Shown: in pieces, positions 9,944-17,185 of the stretch
Layout: every line of letters begins with the position of its first letter
How positions within the stretch are numbered: the first letter of the stretch is position 1
NCBI GenBank assembly: GCA_044224875.1
Contig: JBGAJQ010000088.1
Span: 1 to 19,311 of the forward strand
From: Gemmatimonadaceae bacterium
Lineage (GTDB): Bacteria; Gemmatimonadota; Gemmatimonadetes; Gemmatimonadales; Gemmatimonadaceae
DNA: 19,311 nt
Direction of reading: 5' to 3'
Made by a program: the position numbers and the translations under genes
Notes under the pieces: generated by a model
Databases searched by the model: none
What the model was told of the DNA's origin: nothing
The model's input: the letters and a program-made list of their open reading frames with translations, nothing else

Positions 9944-10008
9944 CACGAAGCTGTTCGTCTGACGAAGGTATACGAAGACCTTCGTATGTCAATACGAAAG
10001 TCTTCGTA
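9944..10008. promoter_or_regulatory. Three palindromic operator-like sites, consensus TACGAA-N4-TTCGTA
   Basis: TACGAAgaccTTCGTA at 9971-9986, TACGAAagtcTTCGTA at 9993-10008, and degenerate CACGAAgctgTTCGTC at 9944-9959. Confidence 0.7.
9965..9992 (-). promoter_or_regulatory. Putative sigma70 promoter (-35 TTGACA, -10 TACCTT, 16-bp spacer) facing the DUF5916 gene
   Basis: The minus strand reads TTGACA (9992-9987) - tacgaaggtcttcgta - TACCTT (9970-9965), inside an AT-richer patch of the divergent intergenic region. Confidence 0.6.
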
Positions 10009-10136
10009 GTTTCAGGACATGGCCGCGCTCACGAGTTGTGCAGGGCCAAATCGCGCGACGGCGCCTCCGGCGGGCGTCCCGAAATTGCCACGCTGGACTC
10101 CCACGCCTATCATCGGTGCTTCAACCACACGCCGAC

Positions 10137-11264
10137 ATGCCGATGAGCACATCAAATCGTCCGCACCTGATCGTCATCGGCGGCTTTCTGGGCGCCGGCA
10201 AGACGTCTGCCCTCCAACGCTTCGCCGCGTACCTCACGGAGCAGGGCATTCGAGTTGCCCTCATCACCAACGACCAGGGAAGTAATCTCGTGGACACCGC
10301 GCTCCTCAGGAGTTGCGGGTACGACACTCGCGAGGTGGCGGGCGGATGTTTTTGTTGTCGCTTCGACGCGCTAATCGACGCCGCGTCGTACCTCACGTCG
10401 GACGTTGGTCCTGATGTGCTGGTCGCCGAGGCGGTTGGCAGTTGTACAGACCTTGCCGCGACGGTGACGTACCCGATGCGCCAGTTGTTCGCCGATCGGT
10501 TTACCCTCGCGCCGCTGAGTGTGCTGGTGGATCCCATTCGTGCACGACGGTCCTTCGGGTTGGACAAAGGCGACCGGTTCAGCGACGACGTCGAGTACAT
10601 CTATAGGAAGCAGCTCGAGGAAGCAGACATCATCGTGATGACCAAGGCCGACCTGTTACCCGACGACGCGATCAACGAACTCGGCAACACGCTTTCCGAG
10701 CGGTATCCCGACGCGCGAGTGATCGCGGTGTCGTCACGCGACGGTCTGCACTTGGACGCATGGTTTCAGCAGTTGCTCTATGGCGAGCAGCGAGCGCGCG
10801 GGACGATGGACGTGGACTACGATCGCTACGCCGCGGGCGAGGCCCGCCTGGGGTGGCTCAATGCCACACTCCGCGCGGTCGCCGAGCGTCCGTTTGACGG
10901 CGATCGCGTACTGTATGAGCTGACGGCTAGCGTGCATCAAGCGCTCGTGTCCGCTGGCGTGACGGTCGGGCACTTGAAGGCATCGCTATACCCGGGCGAT
11001 GCCGAGCACGGGCCGGTGGCGAGCGTGAACCTCGTGCGGAACGACTTCGTCCCCGAGGTGGGACAGCGCCTCCAGCGTCAGGTCTCCGAGGCGCGTGTTC
11101 TGCTCAACCTGCGAGCGGAGGGCGCGCCGGACGAGCTGACTCGCCTCGTGCGCGCCTCCCTCGTTTCGTTCGAAGACAGCGGCGTGTATTGGACGATCGA
11201 CGACGTGGACGCATTCAGTCCATCGCCACCTCGGCCCACGTACCGCGTGGTGAATGACGCCTAG
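10137..11264 (+). CDS. COG0523/CobW-like G3E P-loop GTPase (putative metallochaperone)
   Basis: Walker A GGFLGAGKT, ITNDQG, metal-binding GCFCC, Walker B-type VAEAVGSC and G4 TKAD. Start ATG at 10137 or 10143. Confidence 0.88.
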   Translation: MPMSTSNRPHLIVIGGFLGAGKTSALQRFAAYLTEQGIRVALITNDQGSNLVDTALLRSCGYDTREVAGGCFCCRFDALIDAASYLTSDVGPDVLVAEAVGSCTDLAATVTYPMRQLFADRFTLAPLSVLVDPIRARRSFGLDKGDRFSDDVEYIYRKQLEEADIIVMTKADLLPDDAINELGNTLSERYPDARVIAVSSRDGLHLDAWFQQLLYGEQRARGTMDVDYDRYAAGEARLGWLNATLRAVAERPFDGDRVLYELTASVHQALVSAGVTVGHLKASLYPGDAEHGPVASVNLVRNDFVPEVGQRLQRQVSEARVLLNLRAEGAPDELTRLVRASLVSFEDSGVYWTIDDVDAFSPSPPRPTYRVVNDA

Positions 11265-13852
11265 GCCCGCGGCGTGAACTTGATGTCCTTGACGTCGATC
11301 GTACCGGACGTGGCCTTCAGGAACGGCTTCCCGTTCCGCACGCCCACGGTACCGTAGCCCGTGGCCGTGGCAATGAAGCAATGGAAGTCGCCCCGGACGG
11401 AGGGCGTCAGGTACAACACTCGATCCACGGCGTCGTACCGCGCACCACTGAGTCCCTGCAGCAGGGCGTACGAGGACAAGGCCCGCGCATACCAGTGGCC
11501 GCACTCGTACTCGTCGAACGGGTTCCGCACGCGTCCGTCGTATCGGTCCCGGCAGGCGCGAACGATGTCGAGGCCTTCCGTCACGCGTCCCATGAGCATC
11601 AGGTGCGATGCCACCTGGTATTCAATGCCCGTCCATACTTCGTTGGAATACACGAAGGGAAGGGAGAGTTCACCACCCTTAGGCCAGGTACACAGCAGCA
11701 ATCCCCCCTCATTGCCGTTTGCGTAGCTGGGCCGCTGCGGATTCGGGTACGCCGACAGGTCCTTCTTGAGGTTGTACTTGTGTACCGCGCTCAGGTGACT
11801 GGTGACCTTCCTTGCGTCCATCACCTGGCCCACGCCGCACACCAATGCCAACCAACTGCCTAACACTCCGTCCGACAGGCATCCGCGTCCGTACTGATAC
11901 TTGGGCCCTTCCTTCTCCAGCAGGGCGCGCGCCTCGGGTGAATACTCGTTGATGCCTAACAGCGCATTCTGATCGGCCGTCTTGCTGGCTCGCAGGTTCT
12001 TCCACTCGACCTGCTGAATGAAGTACTCGCCGTCGAACAGCTCCGACTCGGCGCGCCGTGTTCCGCTGGCGAGCAACGCCGTGTACAGCCCGGTGTCGGC
12101 GCCAGAGGCCTTTCCCATCGCGATGGCGGCGGTGAGCGCACCCAGGTAGAACGACGTGATCATCCCATCTGGGCCCCAGAACTCGATGTCGTAGGTGTTA
12201 TGGTGCGGCTCTTCACACCATCCCTTGTGTTCGGGATCCCACGTCTCGATGCAGTAGTCGATGGATGCCTTCACCTTGGGCCACATGGTGCGCAACCACG
12301 CCGTGTCGCCACTGATGCGCCATTCGCGATAGACCTTCATGATGCCGCCCAGTTGGCCGTCGGACGCTGCGTGAAAGTCGTGAACCTGCGGTCGAATGGG
12401 CAGCGCGGTGCGGAATGCCTGATGGCCGCGCTCGTCCTGCGACGGACCGAACTCGGTTTCGCGCAACGTGCGCTCGAGTGCGGGGAAGAGGTGGGGAATC
12501 GCCTGCGCGTAGTTCCACACATGGGTACATGTCCCCGCGCAACAGCCTCGTTGGTCAAAGCACCCCTCCCAACCCCAAAGCCGTCCATCCGTCTGTCGCA
12601 AGAGTGTCGGCGACTTCAGGATCGTAAGGTTGGCGGCCACCGCCTCCATGACTTCGCTGGGCAAGGACGAATCGTAGAATGCCGAGGCGAACTTCTCGCT
12701 GCGCGACCGCAGGTCGGCGTACTGGGCACTCCAGTGGGCGTTCACCTCGTCGATCGACGCAAAGCGGCCCGAATACCACGGTTTGTGCGTTGGTCCGTTG
12801 GGCGGCGCCCCAGGAGCGGGCGCTGGGGAGCCGGGATCAGTTCCACGTCGGATGCGCGAGTTTGGCGAGTACCAGGCGAGTCGGACGGCCACGGTTCGCT
12901 TGGCACCAGCCGCCAGCCTCAACGGCACAAAGAGCGATGCGCCCGGTGATGGATCTCCCTCGGTGATCGGAGGACGCGACACCACGTTGCCAGCTGCAAC
13001 GTCCTTCCACGCCATGGTCAGCGGGTCCCACCACCCTCCGCGAAACCACGCGTGGTTGACGGCGGTGCCGTTCTCGCTGACCGAGGCGGAGAAGGACGAC
13101 TCTTTCCATGCTTCGTCTGGCTTTCCGGCGGTCCACAGGACGAATCCACCTGGCGTCGCCTTCACGGCGCGCTGATCCGCCGCATCGATGGGGAGGAAGT
13201 TCTTGGCGTTGAAGGAGAACACCGCCTCGACGGGAGCGGGGCTGGTGTTGGTGAATTCGTACTCCAGGGCGGCGACTGGGAGGCTGGAGGCGTCTGCATC
13301 TCCGGGAGTGAATGGGCTCCATCCCGTGATTCGCACCGACACGGGCACCTGGTCGTCGCTGAGCGCCACCGTGCCGAACGGGAAGTGTGTCTTGAAGCTC
13401 ACCCGACGAAAGCGAGGAAGCCCGTACGACGCGCCTTCGTCACCATTGGCGGCGTCGCGCACGCCAAAGAGCTTCCATCCCGGCACCGGCCCCTCGATGA
13501 CCCGCGCCACGGGCTTTCCCCCCCGAATCGAAATGGCGGCAAAGACGCAGGGTCCGTTGAAGACGTCGGGTTCGTTGCGGATGGACACATGCGAGAGAGC
13601 TCCGGTCCCTTCCAGACAGATCATCCCGGCACCGATCCCTCCCATGGGGAAGGCGAGCCGGTTCAAACGCGATCCCGTGTACGCGACGTCGTAGGGGACG
13701 GGTGGGGACTCGGCTTCCGGGGTGCCTGGGCGCGGCGGGGCGGCCGGGTGCAAGGCGGCCTCGGGGTCGACGACGCCGACGGCGGACAAGGCGCCCAGTG
13801 CGGTAGCGGACCGCCTAACGAATTCGCGACGTGGAAGGTGCGAGGATTCCAT
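11261..13852 (-). CDS. GH116-family glycoside hydrolase with Tat signal peptide
   Basis: N-terminal PRREFVRRSATALGALSAVG (twin-arginine). GH116 N-domain motif FPMGGIGAG. Catalytic-region motifs WGWEG, DGQLG, HNTYD and NEVWTG. ATG at 13852 is preferred over 13948. Confidence 0.88.
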   Translation of the reverse strand: MESSHLPRREFVRRSATALGALSAVGVVDPEAALHPAAPPRPGTPEAESPPVPYDVAYTGSRLNRLAFPMGGIGAGMICLEGTGALSHVSIRNEPDVFNGPCVFAAISIRGGKPVARVIEGPVPGWKLFGVRDAANGDEGASYGLPRFRRVSFKTHFPFGTVALSDDQVPVSVRITGWSPFTPGDADASSLPVAALEYEFTNTSPAPVEAVFSFNAKNFLPIDAADQRAVKATPGGFVLWTAGKPDEAWKESSFSASVSENGTAVNHAWFRGGWWDPLTMAWKDVAAGNVVSRPPITEGDPSPGASLFVPLRLAAGAKRTVAVRLAWYSPNSRIRRGTDPGSPAPAPGAPPNGPTHKPWYSGRFASIDEVNAHWSAQYADLRSRSEKFASAFYDSSLPSEVMEAVAANLTILKSPTLLRQTDGRLWGWEGCFDQRGCCAGTCTHVWNYAQAIPHLFPALERTLRETEFGPSQDERGHQAFRTALPIRPQVHDFHAASDGQLGGIMKVYREWRISGDTAWLRTMWPKVKASIDYCIETWDPEHKGWCEEPHHNTYDIEFWGPDGMITSFYLGALTAAIAMGKASGADTGLYTALLASGTRRAESELFDGEYFIQQVEWKNLRASKTADQNALLGINEYSPEARALLEKEGPKYQYGRGCLSDGVLGSWLALVCGVGQVMDARKVTSHLSAVHKYNLKKDLSAYPNPQRPSYANGNEGGLLLCTWPKGGELSLPFVYSNEVWTGIEYQVASHLMLMGRVTEGLDIVRACRDRYDGRVRNPFDEYECGHWYARALSSYALLQGLSGARYDAVDRVLYLTPSVRGDFHCFIATATGYGTVGVRNGKPFLKATSGTIDVKDIKFTPRA

Positions 13853-14120
13853 CGGAGTCGAGGGGGGCAGGGTGGGAAGTCGCCAGGATGTTCCAGACGT
13901 CGACGGGCCCAAACTTGGGGTGGTGCGGTGGGCCCGGCAAGCCACCAAGGCCCCTTCCTCCCTGCAGACCGGCCGCGGCGCGGGCGAGGAATCGAGGCGG
14001 CTTCCGGCGAGGTGGTCGCGTTCTGGCGCGCCGTCGCGACGGACGCTACGATGACCGCGTTAGGTCACGCGGCCTGGCGTCGCAACGATCGTTAGGCATT
14101 GGAATCCGGGAGGAGCGAAG

Positions 14121-14469
14121 ATGGCGGCGAAGAAGCGTGGAGCGCCGACGGAAGGAGTCTGGGGATGGGTCTTTGCCCCACGGAAGGCAGGGAAACGCCG
14201 TTAGTGGCTCATCAAGTCGGGCTTAACGGGACGCTTCGGCTTTGGACCCCAAGCACCCCGCCTTCGACGAGGCCTCCCGTCCCGACGCGCCCATCTGGTT
14301 CATGGTGGATCTCAAGGCTGTCGATAGACTCCGCCGCCCCGTGACCTTGGCGGAGATCAAGGCGTCCAAGACGCTCGCACAGATGGCGCTGGTTCGAATC
14401 GGGCGGCTCTCTGTGACCCCCGTCACGGCTGCGGAGTGGGAGACCGTTCAGGGACTGTCGAGAAGTTGA
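14121..14469 (+). pseudogene. EVE-domain (PUA-like, THYN1-type) pseudogene with premature stops and internal deletion/frameshift
   Basis: SD GGAGG then ATG 14121 gives MAAKKRG...FAPRKAGKRR*WLIKS (the EVE N-terminal YWLxKS motif with Tyr replaced by TAG at 14202). In another frame from 14221 it reads A*RDASALDPKHPAFDEASRPDAPIWFMVDLKAVDRLRRPVTLAEIK...RLSVTPVTAAEW, the EVE C-terminal half. Confidence 0.8.
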
Positions 14470-14686
14470 CCAATTCAGGGGCCTGTGATTAACGCCAGAT
14501 GAACCCTGTTACGGTGTAGCTGTCGGCGCGTCGTTTCCCTAGTTCTGGCTGGGCGTTCACGGTGCCTAACGAGCGCTGAAAAACCCCGAGAATCCACGCG
14601 CGTTTGCGACGTGGCGCACAGTCGACAGGTCAAATTCGGAAGTACCTTACTGGCGCTCGATCGGTTAACCTGTTGTCCGGGTACCG

Positions 14687-15727
14687 ATGACCACGCTGCT
14701 CCCGTGGTCGTCGTACATTGCAACACCCCCTGCAATGCCTTCTATGACGTCCATCCGGGCCGCCACACCAGCGGCACATGTTGCCACACCCCCGCGACCG
14801 AAATCGTCGCGCGCTGTGGAAGCGTTTTCAGCGCCAGCGCCGCGCACAGCGCCGCGCCAAAGAAAGGCGCCAAGCAGTATTCCTGTCATTGTCATCGTGG
14901 GTGTCCTGGCCGCCATCAACGCCTGGGGCATCCCGTATTACCTGGCGGACCGCGCCGACCGCGTCCGTCATCCGCTGCACGCGTGGCTGAAGGCTTCGGG
15001 TTACGTCGGCCAAAGCGCGGGCATACTGGCACTGATCGTCTTCACGTTTCTGTGGCTGTATCCGCTGCGGAAGAAGTGGAAGAAGCTGGCCTTTACGGGC
15101 TCCATCGGAAAATGGTTGGACGTGCACGTCACCACGGCCATCGGGCTCCCGCTGCTGCTGACCATCCACGCCGCTTGGCGCTCGGATGGGGTGATAGGAC
15201 TTGGATTTGACGCCATGCTGGTGGTTTGTGCCAGCGGCGTTGTTGGGCGCTACCTGTATACACGAATTCCGCGAACGCGCACGGGGGTGGAGCTGACGCG
15301 GGATGAAGTAGCCGGGCAGCGAAAGGAGTTGGTTACTGAGATCGCCGAGGCGACGGGCCTGCCGACGGCAGCGATCGAGCAATCGCTGGACGTTGGCCGA
15401 GCGCAAGAGGGAACGGGGGCGTGGGCAGCGCTCGGGCAGCTCGTCACGAACGACATCCGTCGGTGGCGGCTGTCCAGGGAGCTGCCGAAACGCTGGGCGG
15501 CGATGGCGCCAAACGCCAAGGCGATCGACGCACGGCGGGTGAAGAAGGCCGTACGACTCGCCAGCCGCGAAATCGCGCTCACGCAGCAGAGCAACATGCT
15601 GGACGCGACGCACAAGCTCTTCCGCTTCTGGCACGTCGCGCACCGGCCCTTTGCCCTGACGGCATTGGTCGCGGTCGTTGTCCACGTCACAGTGGTTGTG
15701 GCTCTCGGCTCCACCTGGTTCTACTAG
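14687..15727 (+). CDS. Inner-membrane protein, predicted di-heme cytochrome b-like (ferric-reductase-TM-like) component of a multiheme cytochrome cluster
   Basis: About 5 TM helices. Two H-x13-H pairs in TM segments: WLDVH-VTTAIGLPLLLTI-H and VAH-RPFALTALVAVVV-H. It is the first gene of a tightly packed redox operon. The start may be ATG 14735 or 14744. Confidence 0.7.
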   Translation: MTTLLPWSSYIATPPAMPSMTSIRAATPAAHVATPPRPKSSRAVEAFSAPAPRTAPRQRKAPSSIPVIVIVGVLAAINAWGIPYYLADRADRVRHPLHAWLKASGYVGQSAGILALIVFTFLWLYPLRKKWKKLAFTGSIGKWLDVHVTTAIGLPLLLTIHAAWRSDGVIGLGFDAMLVVCASGVVGRYLYTRIPRTRTGVELTRDEVAGQRKELVTEIAEATGLPTAAIEQSLDVGRAQEGTGAWAALGQLVTNDIRRWRLSRELPKRWAAMAPNAKAIDARRVKKAVRLASREIALTQQSNMLDATHKLFRFWHVAHRPFALTALVAVVVHVTVVVALGSTWFY

Positions 15728-15730
15728 CGC

Positions 15731-17185
15731 ATGCAAGCCCTGCTCACGACGGTGGGCTTCTTTGCGCTGACCGGGTTCTTCATCTGGTTGCACCTGCGCA
15801 AAGGATCACACGCGACCAGCGCCCCTCAGGCCCCGGCGAAAGCGTCGGGGCCGCCGTGCGTTCGTTGCAGTGTGCCAGTGCCGTCGGGCTCGGCATTTTG
15901 TCCAGGGTGCGGGATTCCCCAGCAGATCTACGAGATCGTGGCCGCGCCCACATCAGCTGGCGGTGGCGACGCCGGCGATCCTGCGGCCGCCAAGGCCCTG
16001 GTTCGCGCGGACATGTGTGTGGGGTGCGCCACGTGCGTGGCGTCGTGCCCAGAGCCGGGTGCGATCACCATGCGTGGCAAGCTGGCCATCGTCGATAACG
16101 CCCTGTGCAAGGGCCACGGCGAGTGTGTTGCGGCGTGTCCGGTCGGCGCGATTTCCGTAACAACGGGCGCCGCGGTGAATCGGGTCATGGTGCCACAGCT
16201 CGACGGGAACTTCGAGTCGAACGTGCCGGGACTCTTCATCGTCGGCGAGCTCGGTGGGCGGGGCCTCATCAAGAATGCGATCAACGAGGGGAAGATCGCC
16301 GTCGACTCCATCGCCCGCGCCATGCCGCCGGACATCTCACGTCCCGATGCGGAGGAAGGGGTGGTGGACGTCGCCGTCGTGGGCTCGGGACCAGCCGGGC
16401 TGAGCGCCGGTCTGGAGGCGTTGCGGCGTGGGCTCTCATACGTGGTGGTGGAGCAGGGGTCGCTCTCCGACACCGTGCGCAAGTACCCACGCCACAAGTT
16501 GCTGCTGGCGGAGCCGGTCTCGATCCCGCTCTACGGCGACCTTTGGGTGGCGGATGCGTCCAAGGAGACGCTCCTCGAGGTGTGGGAGACGATCGTGGCC
16601 AATACCGGCTTGCAGGTGCAGACCGGACAGAAGGTCGAACAGGTGCAACGAGAGGGCGCCTTGTTCAGCGTCCGCACGCCGGACAAGACCTTCCGAGCGC
16701 GTCGTGTCGTGCTGGCCATGGGTCGCCGGGGAACGCCCCGTCGCCTCAACGTCCCAGGCGAGGATCTGGCCAAGGTCTTCTACGACATCGTGGAAATGGA
16801 GGCGTTCGAGGGGCGGCGCGTTCTGGTCGTCGGCGGCGGCGACTCGGCCATCGAGTCGGCGTTAGGCCTGGCGAACCAGGAAGGCGCCCAGGTCCTGCTG
16901 TCGTACCGTGGCGAGACATTCGCTCGGATCAAGGACCGCAACCGGGAGAAGATCGACAAAGCCATCGCCAAGCAGCGCGTGACCGTCATGTTCCGCAGCG
17001 AGGTCCGCGAAATTCGGGATGACGTGGTGGTGTTGGATGTGCAAGGCAACACCACGATTCTGCCGAACGACGACGTCATCATCCGCATTGGCGGCGAGGC
17101 GCCCTATGCCTTCCTCGAACGATTGGGCGTGCGGCTGGTCCATAAGGACATCCCGGTGCCACAGGCGCCGGCGCTCGCGGGATGA
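15731..17185 (+). CDS. Membrane-anchored Zn-ribbon + 2x[4Fe-4S] ferredoxin + FAD/NAD(P)H TrxR-like oxidoreductase
   Basis: N-terminal TM. Zn-ribbon CVRC...CPGC. Ferredoxin motifs CVGCATCVASCP and CKGHGECVAACP. FAD motif VVGSGPAG, plus LAMG. NAD(P)H motif VVGGGDSA, followed by SYRG. No redox-active CxxC in the NAD(P)H domain. Confidence 0.85.
   Translation: MQALLTTVGFFALTGFFIWLHLRKGSHATSAPQAPAKASGPPCVRCSVPVPSGSAFCPGCGIPQQIYEIVAAPTSAGGGDAGDPAAAKALVRADMCVGCATCVASCPEPGAITMRGKLAIVDNALCKGHGECVAACPVGAISVTTGAAVNRVMVPQLDGNFESNVPGLFIVGELGGRGLIKNAINEGKIAVDSIARAMPPDISRPDAEEGVVDVAVVGSGPAGLSAGLEALRRGLSYVVVEQGSLSDTVRKYPRHKLLLAEPVSIPLYGDLWVADASKETLLEVWETIVANTGLQVQTGQKVEQVQREGALFSVRTPDKTFRARRVVLAMGRRGTPRRLNVPGEDLAKVFYDIVEMEAFEGRRVLVVGGGDSAIESALGLANQEGAQVLLSYRGETFARIKDRNREKIDKAIAKQRVTVMFRSEVREIRDDVVVLDVQGNTTILPNDDVIIRIGGEAPYAFLERLGVRLVHKDIPVPQAPALAG

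Noticed and set aside
9944..10008. Short repeated palindromes considered as a mini-CRISPR array
   Set aside because: The repeats are 16 bp with 6-11 bp gaps, there are no spacer-length unique sequences, and no cas genes are present. An operator array fits better.
10137..11264. Calling this gene cobW, ureG or hypB
   Set aside because: Only family-level motifs are visible, and no pathway genes are nearby to support a specific symbol.
13052..14095. 347-aa + strand ORF, whose tail (EVVAFWRAVATDA) could be a gene remnant upstream of the EVE pseudogene
   Set aside because: It is mostly antisense to the GH116 gene with shadow-ORF composition, and the tail is too short to assign without a search.
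14052..14095. Short palindromes TGACC-N6-GGTCA and AACGATCGTT
   Set aside because: They are single short occurrences with no supporting promoter context.
14466..14500. Possible FNR/CRP box upstream of the redox operon (TTGACCAATTCAGG; TGTGATTAACGCCAGA)
   Set aside because: Only one half-site matches in each case, which is not distinguishable from chance.
14828..15793. 321-aa minus-strand ORF and the many other long alternative-frame ORFs (e.g. 8242-9198, 16105-17022)
   Set aside because: They overlap well-supported genes, are Arg/Gly/Pro-rich with no motifs, and are expected in high-GC DNA.
15731..17185. Calling this gene trxB (thioredoxin reductase)
   Set aside because: It lacks the catalytic CxxC, has permuted motif order, and carries TM and Fe-S fusions.
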